Assembly (NCBI RefSeq): GCF_009914755.1
Contig: NC_060940.1
Strand: one strand, 5' to 3'
Source: the human T2T-CHM13v2.0 reference genome, Homo sapiens
Length of the DNA: 64,000 nucleotides
Below the pieces are notes generated by a model, which saw only the letters and a list, made by a program, of their open reading frames with translations, made no database searches and was not told the origin of the DNA. Below are positions 42,701 to 58,700 of the stretch, in pieces. Numbering within the stretch: the stretch's first letter is position 1; every line of letters starts with the position of its first letter. The position numbers and the translations under genes are program-made.

Positions 42701-45700
42701 TCCATTCGATTCCATTCATTGACGATTCCATTCAATTCCATTCAATGATGATTCTCTTCTATTCCATTCGATGATTCCGGTCGATTCCATTCGATGATGA
42801 TTCCATTAGATTCCATTCGATTGTTGCATTCGATTCCCTTCGATGATGATTCCTTTGAATTCCATTCGATTATCATTCCGTATGAATCCATTTGATGATT
42901 ATTCCATTGGATTCCTTTCGATGATGATTCCATTCGATTCCATTTGATGATGTTTCTCTTGTATTCCATTGGATAATTCCTTTCAGTTCCCTTCGATGAT
43001 TATTCTTTCGAGTCAATTCGATGATTCTATTCCATTCCCTTCGATGATGATTCCATTTCACTCCATTTGATGATTCCATTCGACTCAATTTGGTGATGAT
43101 TCAATTCGATGACATTCGATGACTCCATTCAATTTCATTTGATGATGATTACATTCGAGTCCATTTGATGATTGTATTCCTTTCCTTTTGATGATTATTC
43201 CATTCGTGTCTATTCAAAGGTTCCATTCTATTCCATTCAATGATGATTGCATTTGATTCCATTCAATGATTATGGCTATCGATTCCACTCGTTGATTCCA
43301 TTTGATTCCGTTCGATGATTATTCTGTTAGATTCCATTAGAAGATTCCATTCGATTTTATTCAATGATTCCAATGGATTCCATTCAATGATGATTCCATT
43401 CGACTCCATTCAGTGATTCCATTCGAGTCCATTTGATGATTCCATTCTTTTCCATTTGATGATGATTCCATTAGGGTCCATTCAATGATTCCATTCGAGT
43501 CCATTCGTTAATGCCTTTCGAGTCCTTTTGATCACTACATTCGAGTCCATTCAATGATTCTATTCGATTCCATTCCATGATGATTCCATTCGAGTTCATT
43601 CGATGATTGCATTCGAGTCCATTTGATGATTCCATATGATTCCCTTCGACAATGATTCCATTCGTGTCCATTTGATGATTCCATTCATTTCCTATCGATG
43701 AAGATTCCATTCAAGTGTATTCGATGATTCCATTCAAATCCATTCGATGATGATTCCATTCCAGTCCATTCGATCATTCCACTTGATTCCATTTGATGAC
43801 TATTCCATTCAAATCCATTTGATGATTCCATTCGATTCCATTCGATGTTACCATTCGAGTATATACGATGATTCCACTCGATTCCATTTGATGATTATTC
43901 CATTGGAGTCCACTTAGTGAATCCTTTAGATTCTACTCGAAGATGATTCCATTCGAGTCCATTCGATGATACCATTCAATTCCATTCGTTGATGCTTCCA
44001 TTCAAGTGCATTCGATGATATCATTCGATTCCATTTGATGATAATTCCATTTGATTCCATGCGATGATTCTATTCGATTCCATTCAATGATAATTCCATT
44101 CAATTCAGTGATTCCTCTGGACTCCATTTGATGATGATTCCATTCAATGATTCCATTCGATTCTATTCGAAAATGATTCCATTTGAATCCATTTGATGAT
44201 GATTCCATTGGATTCCATTTGATGATTCCATTCGATTCCATTCGATGATGATTCCATTCGATTCCTTTTGATGAATCCATTCTATTGTATTCGATGATGA
44301 TTCCATTCGATTCCATTCGATGATGATTGGATTCGATTCCATTTGATGATTTCATTTGATTCCATTCGATAATGATTTCGATCAATTCCATTCGATGATT
44401 CCATTCGATTCCATTCGATAATGATTACATCCGAGTCCATTCGATGATTCCATTTGAGCCCGTTCGATAATTCCATTTGAGTCCAATCAATGATTCCATT
44501 CATTTCCATTCAATGATTCCATTCGAGTCCATTTGATCATTCCGGTAGGGTCCGTTCGATGTTGATTCCATTGGAGTGCATTCGATGATTCCATTCGAGT
44601 CCATTTTAGGATTTGATTCGAGTCCTTTCGATGATTCCATTCGATTCCACTCGATGATTTCATTTGAGTCCATTCGACACTTCCAATCGATTCCATTTGA
44701 TGTTTCCATTCGATTCCAATTGATGATTCCATTCAATTCCATTCGATGATGATTCCGTACGATTCCACTCTGTGATGATTCCATGTGATTGCATTCAATG
44801 ATGATTCCTTTCGATTGCATTCGATTATGATTCATTTCGTGTTCATTCTATGGTTCCACAGGTTTCCATTCGATGATGTTTCCATTCGTGTCCATTCCAT
44901 TATTCCATTCTATTCCATTTGAAGATGATTCCATTCGAATCCATTCATTGGTGATTCCACTCAATTCCATTCAATGATTCCATTCCATTTCTTTCAACAA
45001 TGATTCCATTAGTTTCTATTCGATGATCCACTTGATTCCATTTGGCGATGATTCCATTCGTGTCCATTCGATGATTCCATTTGATTCCATATGATGATGA
45101 TTCCATTCGTTTCCATACGATGATGATTCCATTCGAGTCCATTCAATGGTGATTCCATTCAATTCCATTCGATGATTCCTTCCGATTCCATTCAATGATG
45201 ATGGCATTCGATTCCTTTCGATCATTCCCTTTGATTCCATTCAAAGGTGATTTCATTCAAGTCCATTCGATAATTGCATTCGATTCCATTCTATGATGAT
45301 TCCATTCGAGTCCATTGGATGATTCCATTCAATTCAAGTCAATGATGATTCCATTCGATTCCACTCGACGATTCCATTGGATTCCATTCGATGATGATTC
45401 CATTCAAATCCATTCGATAATTCAATTCAAGTCCATTCGATGATGATTCCAATCGAATCCATTCAAAGATTCCACTCAATTCCATTCGATGATGATTCCC
45501 TTAGATTCCATTCGATGATTCCACTTGATTCCATTTACGATGATTCCATTCGATTCCATGTGATGATTCCATTCAATTATATTCAATGATGTTTCCACTT
45601 GATTCCATTCGAACATGATTGCCTTTGATTCCATTCAATGATTCCATACGGTTCCATTTGATGATGATTCCATTCGAGTGCATTAGATGATTCCATTCGA

Positions 45701-48700
45701 GTCCATTCGATGATTCCATTCGATTCCATTCGATGTTGATTCTGTTCAAATCCATTCGATGATTCTACTCGATTCCATTCGATGACTCCATTTGATCCCA
45801 TTCGATGATTTCCTTTGATTCCCTTTGATGATCATTCCATTTGATTCAATTCGGTGATTTCATTTGATTCCATTCAGTGATGTTTCCATTCAACTCCTTT
45901 CGATGATGATTCCATTCGACTCCATTCGATTATGATTTCATTCAATTCCATTCGATAATGATTCCCTTCAAGTCCATTCGATGATTCCATTCGATTCCAT
46001 TCAACGATGATTTGATTCGTGTCCATTCGATGATTCCATTTGATTCCATTTGATGATGATTCCATTCGAGTCCCTTTGATGATTCCATTCAATTCCATTC
46101 TCCGATGATTTCTTTTGAGCCCACTCAATGCTTCCACTCGATACCATATGATGATGACTCCATTCGATGAAATTCGATGATGATTCCATTCGCTTGCATT
46201 CGATGATGATTCCACTTGAGTCCGTTAGAAGATTCTATTCAATTACATTCCATGACGATTCTGTTCGAGTCCATTTGATGATTCCATTAGACTCCATTCG
46301 ACGATGATTCCATTCGATGTTATTCGATGATGATTCCGTTCAACTCCATTCGATGTTTCCATTCGAGTTCATTCTATTATTCCATTAGATTCCATTCGAT
46401 GATGATTCCATTCGATTCCATTTGATGATTGCATTCTATTTCATTTGATGATGATTCCATTCGAGTCCATTCGATGATTCCATTCGAGTCCATTTAATGA
46501 ATCCATTGGTTTCAATTCTATGATGATTACATTGGATTCCATTCGTTGATGATTTCATTCGATTCCATTCAATGATGATTCCATTCAATTCCATTCAATG
46601 ATTCCATTCAATTCCATACGATGATGATTCCATTTGATTTGATTCGACAGTGAGCCATTCGATTCAATTCCATGATGATTCTATTTGATTCAATTGGTTG
46701 ACATTTCCATTCGATTCCATTCGATGATGATTCCATTTGATTCCATTCAAAGATGATTCCATTCTAGCCCATTCAATCATTCCATTCGATTCTATTCAAT
46801 GATGATTCCATTCATGTCGATTTGGTGATTCCATTTGACTTCATTTGATGATGATTCCTTTCAAGTTTATTAGATGATTCCATTCGATTCCATTTGATGA
46901 TGATCCCATTCGAGTCCATTCAGTGATTCCACTCGTTTCCATTCCATGATGATTCCATTCCATTCCATTCAATGATTCCATTCGATTCCGTTTGATGATG
47001 ATTTCATTCGAGTCCATTTGATGATTCCATTTGATTCCATTCGATGATGATTACATTCGAGTCCATACGATGATTCCACTCAATTCCATATGATGATGAT
47101 TCCATTCGATTCCAGTCGATGATTCCATTCTATTCTATTCAATGGTGATTCCATTCGAGTACATTAGATGATTCCATTCGATTCCATTCAATGATGATTC
47201 TATTTGTGTCCCTTAGATGGTTCCACATGATTCCATTTCATGATGATACTATTTGAGCCCATCCAATGATTCCCTTCGATTCCATTCGATGAGGATTCCA
47301 TTCGATTCAATTCATTGGTGATTCTATTCAATTCAATTCTTTGATTCCATTCCATTCCATTCGACAATGATTCCATTCGATTTCTTTCGATGATTCCACT
47401 CGATTCCACTTGACATTGATTCCATTCGATTCCATTCAATGATTCCGTTTGATTCCAGTGGATGATGATTGCCATCGATTCCATTCGATCACTCCATTCT
47501 ATTCCATTTGATGATGATTACATTCGATTCCATTTGATGATTCCATCTGATTCTATTCGAGGATTCCATTTGATTCCATTCGATGATGATTCCATTCGAG
47601 TGCATTCGATGATTTCATTCGAGTACATCCAATGATTCCATTCGAGTCCATTTGATGATTCCATTTGATTCCATTTGATTATGATTCTACTAGAGTCCAT
47701 TCAATGACTCCATTCGAATCCATTCTACAATTCCATTCGAGGCCATTCGATGATTCCATTTCATGATTCCATTCGAGTCCATTTAATCATTACAGTCGAG
47801 TCCATTTGGTGATTCCACTGGATTTCTTTTGATAATGATACCATTCAATTACATTTGATGATGATCCCATTCAATTTCATTTGATGGTGATTCCATTAGA
47901 GTCCATTCGATGATTTCATTCGAGTCCCTTCATTGATTCCATCCGATTTCATTGGATGATGACTCCATTCGAGTCCATTCGATGATTCCACTCGATTCCA
48001 TTAGATGATTCCATTGGAGTCCATTTGATTGTTCCATTCGATTCTATTCGATTCCTTTCGAAGATTATTCCATTTGAGTCCATTCGATGATGATTCCATT
48101 CCATTCCATTCGATGATTCCGTTTGATTCCATTCGATGATTCCCTTCGATTCCTTTCTTTGATGATTCCATTCCATTCCATTCAATGATTCCATTCGAAT
48201 CTATTCCATGATGATTCCTTTCGATTCCATTCGCTGATGTTTCCGTTCAATTCCATTCGATGATGATTCCATTCGATTCCATTCATTGAGGATTCCATTT
48301 GATTCCATTCAATGATGATTCCATTCTATTCCATTCAATGATTGCATTCAATTCCATTCAATGATTATCCCCTTAGAGTAAACTCAACGATTCCATTCAA
48401 TACCATTCGATGATGATTCCTTTTGAGTCCATTCAATGATTTCATTCAAGTCCATTTGATGATTCCTTTCAATTCCATTCTATGATGATTCCATTCGAGT
48501 CCATTCGATGATTCCATTCGATTGCATTCGATGATTCCATTATATTCCATTCAACGATGATTCCATTCGAGTCCATTCGATGATTCCATTAGAGTACATT
48601 TAATGATTGTTTGTTTTCAATTCGAAGATGATTACATTGGATTCCATTCTATGATACCATTCGATTCCATTCAATGATGATTCCACTCAAATCCATTGGA

Positions 48701-49718
48701 TGATTCCATTCGTGTCCATTCGGTGATTTCATTAGATTCCATTCGAGGATGATTCCATTCGATTCCATTCGATGATTCCATTCAATTCCATTCGATGATG
48801 ATTCCATTCCAGTCCATATGATCATTCCATTTGATTTCATTCGATGATGATTCCATTCGATTCCATTCGATGATTCCATTCGATTCCATTCGATGATGAT
48901 TCCACTCGAGTCCATTTGATGATTCCATTCGAGTCCATTTAATGATTCCATTGGGTTCAATTCAATGATGATTACATTGGATTCCGTTCTATGATTCCAT
49001 TCAATTCCGTTCATTGACAATTTGATTCCATTCGATGATGATTCCATTTGAGTTCATTCGATGATTCTATTCGATTCTCTTCGATGGTGATTCAATTCTA
49101 TTATATTGGATGATTCCATTCGATTCCATTTGATGTTGATTCAATTCGATTCTATTCGATGATGATTCCATTGGATTTCACTTGATGATTCTATTCGATT
49201 CCATTCAATGATGATTCACTTCTCGTCCATTGGATGATTCCATTTCATTCCATTCGATGATGATTCCATTCGATTCCATTCGATGATTCCATTTGATTCC
49301 ATGCGTCGGTGAGCAATTCGATTCAATTCCATGATGATTCTATTTGATTCAATTAGATGATGTTTCCATTCGAATCCATTCCATGATTATTCCATTGGAA
49401 TCCATTCGGCGATGATTCCATATGAGTCAATTCAATGATGATTCCATATGGGTCCGTTCGATGATAATTCCATTTGATTTCATTCGGTGCTTCTATTCAA
49501 TTCCAGTCGATGATGATTCCGTTGGAGTCCATACGATGATTCCATTTGATTTCATTTGATGATGATTCCATTCGATGATGATTACATTGGATTCCATTCT
49601 ATGATTCCATTCAATTCCATTCGTTGATGATTCGATTCCATTCAATGATGATTCCATTTGAGTTCATTCGATGATTCTATTCGATTCCGTTCGATGGTGA
49701 TTCAATTCTCTTATATTG
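39737..49718 (+). repeat. Composite higher-order repeat copy 2 (9982 bp): B-C-B'-E'
   Basis: ORF offsets 39872/49854 and 42163/52145 both equal 9982. C at 42036-43866, E' at 46091-49718. Confidence 0.9.
49345..49355 (-). promoter_or_regulatory. DUX4-type binding motif TAATTGAATCA
   Basis: + strand TGATTCAATTA at the homologous position of arm E'. Confidence 0.55.
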
Positions 49719-52700
49719 GATGAATCCACTCGATTCCATTTGATGATTATTCCATTGGAGTCCACTTAGTGAATCCTTCAGATTCTACTCGAGGATGATT
49801 CCATTCAAGTCCATTCGATGATACCATTCAATTCCATTCGTTGATGCTTCCATTCAAGTGCATTCGATGATATCATTCGATTCCATTTGATGATAATTCC
49901 ATTTGATTCCATGTGATGATTCTATTCGATTCCATTCAATGATAATTCCATTCAGTTCAGTGATTCCTCTGGACTCCATTTGATGATGATTCCATTCAAT
50001 GATTCCATTCGATTCTATTCGAAAATGATTCCATTTGAATCCATTTGATGATGATTCCATTAGATTCCATTTGATGATTCCATTCGATTCCATGCGACGA
50101 TGATTCCATTCGATTCCATGTGATGATTCCATTCTATTCTATTCGATGATGATTCCATTCGATTCCATTCGATGATGATTGGATTCGATTCCATTTGATG
50201 ATTTCATTTGATTCCATTCGTTAATGATTTCGATCAATTCCATTCGATGATTCCATTCGATTCCATTCGATAATGATTACATCCGTGTCCATTCAGTGAT
50301 TCCATTTGAGCCTGTTCTATAATTCCATTTGAGTCCAACCAATGATTCCATTCATTTCCATTCAATGATTCCATTCGAGTCCATTTGATCATTCCGGTAG
50401 GGTCCATTCGATGTTGATTCCATTGGAGTGCATTCGATGATTCCATTCGAGTCCATTTTATGATTTGATTCGAGTCCTTTCGATGATTCCATTCGATTCC
50501 ACTCGATGATGATTTCATTCGAGTCCATTCGACACTTCCAATCGATTCCATTTGATGTTTCCATTCGAGTCCAATTGATGATTCCATTCAATTCCATTCG
50601 ATGATGATTCCGTACGATTCCATTCTGTGATGATTCCATGTGATTGCATTCAATGATGATTCCTTTCGATTGCATTCGATTATGATTCATTTCGTGTTCA
50701 TTCTATGGTTCCACAGGTTTCCATTCGATGACGTTTCCGTTCGTGTCCATTCCATTATTCCATTCTATTTCATTTGATGATGATTCCATTCGATTCCATT
50801 CATTGGTGATTCCACTCAATTCCATTCAATGATTCCATTCCATTTCTTTCAACAATGATTCCATTAGTTTCTATTCGATGATCCACTTGATTCCATTTGG
50901 CGATGATTCCATTCGTGTCCATTCGATGATTCCATTTGATTCCATATGATGATGATTCCATTCGATTCCATACGATGATGATTCCATTCGAGTCCATTCA
51001 ATGGTGATTCCATTCAATTCCATTCGATGATTCCTTCCGATTCCATTCGATGATGATGGCATTCGATTCCTTTCAATCATTCCCTTTGATTCCATTCAAA
51101 GGTGATTTCATTCAAGTCCATTCGATAATTGCATTCGATTCCATTCTATGATGATTCCATTCGAGTCCATTTGATGATTCCATTCAATTCAAGTCAATGA
51201 TGATTCCATTCAATTCCACTCGATGATTCCATTGGATTCCATTCGATGATGATTCCATTCAAATCCATTCGATAATTCAATTCAAGTCCATTCGATGATG
51301 ATTCCAATCGAATCCATTCAAAGATTCCATTCAATTCCATTCGATGATGATTCCCTTAGATTCCATTCGATGATTCCACTTGATTCCATTTACGATGATT
51401 CCATTCGATTCCATGTGATGATTCCATTCAATTCTATTCAATGATGTTTCCATTTGATTCCATTGGACCATGATTGCCTTTGATTCCATTCAATGATTCC
51501 ATTCGGTTCCATTTGATGATGATTCCGTTCGATTCCATTTCATTATTCCATTTGATTCCATTGGATGAGTCCATTCGATTACATTCGATGATTATTCCAT
51601 TCGAGTGCATTAGATGATTGCATTCGAGTCCATTCGATGATTCCATTCGATTCCATTCGATGTTGATTCTGTTCAAATCCATTCGATGATTCCACTCGAT
51701 TCCATTCGATGACTCCATTTGATCCCATTCGATGATTTCCTGTGATTCCCTTTGATGATCATTCTATTTGATTCAATTCGGTGATTTCATTTCATTCCAT
51801 TCAGTGATGTTTCCATTCGACTGTATTCGATGATGATTCCATTCGACTCCATTCGATTATGATTTCATTCAATTCCATTCAATAATGATTCCCTTCGAGT
51901 CCATTCGATGATTCCATTCGATTCCATTCAACGATGATTTGATTCGTTTCCATTCGATGATTCCATTTGATTCCACTTGTTGATGATTCCATTCGAGTCC
52001 ATTTGATGATTCCATTCGAGTCTATTTATGTATTATATTCGTGTCCACTTCATGATTCCATTCAATTCCATTTAATGTTGATTCCATTTGATTCCATTTG
52101 ATGATTCAGTTCGATTCCTTGCAATGATTCCCTACGATTCCTTTCTATGATGATTCCATTCGATTCCATTCATTGATGATTTCATTCGACTCCATTCGAT
52201 GATGATTCCTTTCGATTCCATTTGACGATGTTTCCATTCGAGTCCATTCGATGATGATTCTATTCAATTCTGTTCTATTATGATTCCATTCGATTTCATT
52301 CAATGCTTCTATTTGATTCCATTCGATGATGATTCCATCTCTTTCCCTTCGATGATTCCATTTGATTCCATTCAGTGATGATTCCATTTGATTCCATCTG
52401 ATGATGATTTCACTTGATTCCTTTCAATGATGATTCAATTCAAGTCCATTCGATGATTCCATTGGAGTCCAAACGATCATTCCGTTCGATTCCATTCAAT
52501 GGTGATTCCATTCATGTCCATTCGATGAATCCATTCAATTCCATTCGATGATGACTCCATTCGAGTACATTCGATGATTCCATTTGATTCCATTGGAAGA
52601 TGATTCCATTCAATTCCATTCGAAGATGATTCCATTCAATTCCATTCGATGATGATTCCGTATGAATCCATTCTCTGATTATTCCATTCGATTCCATTCA

Positions 52701-55700
52701 TTGACGATTCCATTCAATTCCATTCAAAGATGATTCTCTTCTATTCCATTCGATGATTCCAGTCGATTCCATTCGATGATGATTCCATTAGATTCCATTC
52801 GATTGTTGCATTCGATTCCCTTCGATGATGATTCCTTTGAATTCCATTCGATTATCATTCCGTATGAATCCATTTGATGATTATTCCATTGGATTCCTTT
52901 CGATGATGATTCCATTCGATTCCATTTGATGATGTTTCTCTTGTATTCCATTGGATAATTCCTTTCAGTTCCCTTCGATGATTATTCTTTCGAGTCAATT
53001 CGATGATTCTATTCCATTCCCTTCGATGATGATTCCATTTCACTCCATTTGATGATTCCATTCGACTCAATTTGGTGATGATTCAATTCGATGACATTCG
53101 ATGACTCCATTCAATTTCATTTGATGATGATTACATTCGAGTCCATTTGATGATTGTATTCCTTTCCTTTTGATGATTATTCCATTCGTGTCTATTCAAA
53201 GGTTCCATTCTATTCCATTCAATGATGATTGCATTTGATTCCATTCAATGATTATGGCTATCGATTCCACTCGTTGATTCCATTTGATTCCGTTCGATGA
53301 TTATTCCGTTAGATTCCATTAGAAGATTCCATTCGATTTTATTCAATGATTCCAATGGATTCCATTCAATGATGATTCCATTCGACTCCATTCAGTGATT
53401 CCATTCGAGTCCATTTGATGATTCCATTCTTTTCCATTTGATGATGATTCCATTAGGGTCCATTCAATGATTCCATTCGAGTCCATTCGTTAATGCCTTT
53501 CGAGTCCTTTTGATCACTACATTCGAGTCCATTCAATGATTCTATTCGATTCCATTCCATGATGATTCCATTCGAGTTCATTCGATGATTGCATTCGAGT
53601 CCATTTGATGATTCCATATGATTCCCTTCGACAATGATTCCATTCGTGTCCATTTGATGATTCCATTCATTTCCTATCGATGAAGATTCCATTCAAGTGT
53701 ATTCGATGATTCCATTCAAATCCATTCGATGATGATTCCATTCCAGTCCATTCGATCATTCCACTTGATTCCATTTGATGACTATTCCATTCAAATCCAT
53801 TTGATGATTCCATTCGATTCCATTCGATGTTACCATTCGAGTATATACGATGATTCCACTCGATTCCATTTGATGATTATTCCATTAGAGTCCACTTAGT
53901 GAATCCTTTAGATTCTACTCGAAGATGATTCCATTCGAGTCCATTCGATGATACCATTCAATTCCATTCGTTGATGCTTCCATTCAAGTGCATTCGATGA
54001 TATCATTCGATTCCATTTGATGATAATTCCATTTGATTCCATGCGATGATTCTATTCGATTCCATTCAATGATAATTCCATTCAATTCAGTGATTCCTCT
54101 GGACTCCATTTGATGATGATTCCATTCAATGATTACATTCGATTCTATTCGAAAATGATTCCATTTGAATCCATTTGATGATGATTCCATTGGATTCCAT
54201 TTGATGATTCCATTCGATTCCATTCAATGATGATTCCATTCGATTCCTTTTGATGATTCCATTCTATTGTATTAGATGATGATTCCATTCGATTCCATTC
54301 GATGATGATTGGATTCGATTCCATTTGATGATTTCATTTGATTCCATTCGATAATGATTTCGATCAATTCCATTCGATGATTCCATTCGATTCCATTCGA
54401 TAATGATTACATCCGAGTCCATTCGATGATTCCATTTGAGCCCGTTCGATAATTCCATTTGAGTCCAATGAATGATTCCATTCATTTCCATTCAATGATT
54501 CCATTCGAGTCCATTTGATCATTCCGGTAGGGTCCGTTCGATGTTGATTCCATTGGAGTGCATTCGATGATTCCATTTGAGTCCATTTTAGGATTTGATT
54601 CGAGTCCTTTCGATGATTCCATTCGATTCCACTCGATGATGATTTCATTCGAGTCCATTCGACACTTCCAATCGATTCCATTTGATGTTTCCATTCGATT
54701 CCAATTGATGATTCCATTCAATTCCATTCGATGATGATTCCGTATGATTCCATTCTGTGATGATTCCATGTGATTGCTTTCAATGATGATTCCTTTCGAT
54801 TGCATTCGATTATGATTCATTTCGTGTTCATTCTATGGTTCCACAGGTTTCCATTCGATGATGTTTCCATTCGTGTCCATTCCATTATTCCATTCTATTC
54901 CATTTGAAGATGATTCCATTCGATTCCATTCATTGGTGATTCCACTCAATTCCATTCAATGATTCCATTCCATTTCTTTCAACAATGATTCCATTAGTTT
55001 CTATTCGATGATCCACTTGATTCCATTTGACGATGATTCCATTCGTGTCCATTCGATGATTCCATTTGATTCCATATGATGATGATTCCATTCGATTCCA
55101 TACGATGATGATTCCATTCGAGTCCATTCAATGGTGATTCCATTCAATTCCATTCGATGATTCCTTCCGATTCCATTCAATGATGATGGCATTCGATTCC
55201 TTTCGATCATTCCCTTTGATTCCATTCAAAGGTGATTTCATTCAAGTCCATTCGATAATTGCATTCGATTCCATTCTATGATGATTCCATTCGAGTCGAT
55301 TTGATGATTCCATTCAATTCAAGTCAATGATGATTCCATTCGATTCCACTCGATGATTCCATTGGATTCCATTCGATGATGATTCCATTCAAATCCATTC
55401 GATAATTCAATTCAAGTCCATTCGATGATGATTCCAATCGAATCCATTCAAAGATTCCACTCAATTCCATTCGATGATGATTCCCTTAGATTCCATTCGA
55501 TGATTCCACTTGATTCCATTTACGATGATTCCATTCGATTCCATGTGATGATTCCATTCAATTCTATTCAATGATGTTTCCACTTGATTCCATTCGAACA
55601 TGATTGCCTTTGATTCCATTCAATGATTCCATACGGTTCCATTTGATGATGATTCCATTCGAGTGCATTAGATGATTCCATTCGAGTCCATTCGATGATT

Positions 55701-58700
55701 CCATTCGATTCCATTCGATGTTGATTCTGTTCAAATCCATTCGATGATTCCACTCGATTCCATTCGATGACTCCATTTGATCCCATTCGATGATTTCCTT
55801 TGATTCCCTTTGATGATCATTCCATTTGATTCAATTCGGTGATTTCATTTGATTCCATTCAGTGATGTTTCCATTCAACTCCTTTCGATGATGATTCCAT
55901 TCGACTCCATTCGATTATGATTTCATTCAATTCCATTCGATAATGATTCCCTTCAAGTCCATTCGATGATTCCATTCGATTCCATTCAACGATGATTTGA
56001 TTCGTGTCCATTCAATGATTCCATTTGATTCCATTTGATGATGATTCCATTCGAGTCCCTTTGATGATTCCATTCAATTCCATTCTCCGATGATTTCTTT
56101 TGAGCCCATTCAATGCTTCCACTCGATTCCATATGATGATGACTCCATTCGATGAAATTCCATGATGATTCCATTCGCTTGCATTCGATGATGATTCCAC
56201 TTGAGTCCGTTAGAAGATTCTATTCAATTACATTCCATGACGATTCTGTTCGAGTCCATTTGATGATTCCATTAGACTCCATTCGACGATGATTCCATTC
56301 GATGTTATTCGATGATGATTCCATTCAACTCCATTCGATGTTTCCATTCGAGTTCATTCTATTATTCCATTAGATTCCATTCGATGATGATTCCATTCGA
56401 TTCCATTTGATGATTGCATTCTATTTCATTTGATGATGATTCCATTCGAGTCCATTCGATGATTCCATTCGAGTCCATTTAATGAATCCATTGGTTTCAA
56501 TTCTATGATGATTACATTGGATTCCATACGTTGATGATTTCATTCGATTCCATTCAATGATGATTCCATTCAATTCCATTCAATGATTCCATTCAATTCC
56601 ATACGATGATGATTCCATTTGATTTGATTCGACAGTGAGCCATTCGATTCAATTCCATGATGATTCTATTTGATTCAATTGGTTGACATTTCCATTCGAT
56701 TCCATTCGATGATGATTCCCTTTGATTCCATTCAAAGATGATTCCATTCTAGCCCATTCAATCATTCCATTCGATTCTATTCAATGATGATTCCATTCAT
56801 GTCGATTTGGTGATTCCATTTGACTTCATTTGATGATGATTCCTTTCAAGTTCATTAGATGATTCCATTCGATTCCATTTGATGATGATCCCATTCGAGT
56901 CCATTCAGTGATTCCACTCGTTTCCATTCCATGATGATTCCATTCCATTCCATTCAATGATTCCATTCGATTCCGTTTGATGATGATTTCATTCGAGTCC
57001 ATTTGATGATTCCATTTGATTCCATTCGATGATGATTACATTCGAGTCCATACGATGATTCCACTCAATTCCATATGATGATGATTCCATTCGATTCCAT
57101 TCGATGATTCCATTCTATTCTATTCAATGGTGATTCCATTCGAGTACATTAGATGATTCCATTCGATTCCATTCAATGATGATTCTATTTGTGTCCCTTA
57201 GATGGTTCCACATGATTCCATTTCATGATGATACTATTTGAGCCCATCCAATGATTCCCTTCGATTCCATTCGATGAGGATTCCATTCGATTCAATTCAT
57301 TGGTGATTCTATTCAATTCAATTCTTTGATTCCATTCCATTCCATTCGACAATGATTCCATTCGATTTCTTTCGATGATTCCACTCGATTCCACTTGACA
57401 TTGATTCCATTCGATTCCATTCAATGATTCCGTTTGATTCCAGTGGATGATGATTGCCATCGATTCCATTCGATCACTCCATTCTATTCCATTTGATGAT
57501 GATTACATTCGATTCCATTTGATGATTCCATCTGATTCTATTCGAGGATTCCATTTGATTCCATTCGATGATGATTCCATTCGAGTGCATTCGATGATTT
57601 CATTCGAGTACATCCAATGATTCCATTCGAGTCCATTTGATGATTCCATTTGATTCCATTTGATTATGATTCTACTAGAGTCCATTCAATGACTCCATTC
57701 GAATCCATTCTACAATTCCATTCGAGGCCATTCGATGATTCCATTTCATGATTCCATTCGAGTCCATTTAATCATTACAGTCGAGTCCATTTGGTGATTC
57801 CACTGGATTTCTTTTGATAATGATACCATTCAATTACATTTGATGATGATCCCATTCAATTTCATTTGATGGTGATTCCATTAGAGTCCATTCGATGATT
57901 TCATTCGAGTCCCTTCATTGATTCCATCCGATTTCATTGGATGATGACTCCATTCGAGTCCATTCGATGATTCCACTCGATTCCATTAGATGATTCCATT
58001 GGAGTCCATTTGATTGTTCCATTCGATTCTATTCGATTCCTTTCGAAGATTATTCCATTTGAGTCCATTCGATGATGATTCCATTCCATTCCATTCGATG
58101 ATTCCGTTTGATTCCATTCGATGATTCCCTTCGATTCCTTTCTTTGATGATTCCATTCCATTCCATTCAATGATTCCATTCGAATCTATTCCATGATGAT
58201 TCCTTTCGATTCCATTCGCTGATGTTTCCGTTCAATTCCATTCGATGATGATTCCATTCGATTCCATTCATTGAGGATTCCATTTGATTCCATTCAATGA
58301 TGATTCCATTCTATTCCATTCAATGATTGCATTCAATTCCATTCAATGATTATCCCCTTAGAGTAAACTCAACGATTCCATTCAATACCATTCGATGATG
58401 ATTCCTTTTGAGTCCACTCAATGATTTCATTCAAGTCCATTTGATGATTCCTTTCAATTCCATTCTATGATGATTCCATTCGAGTCCATTCGATGATTCC
58501 ATTCGATTGCATTCGATGATTCCATTATATTCCATTCAACGATGATTCCATTCGAGTCCATTCGATGATTCCATTAGAGTACATTTAATGATTGCTTTGT
58601 TTTCAATTCGAAGATGATTACATTGGATTCCATTCTATGATACCATTCGATTCCATTCAATGATGATTCCACTCAAATCCATTGGATGATTCCATTCGTG

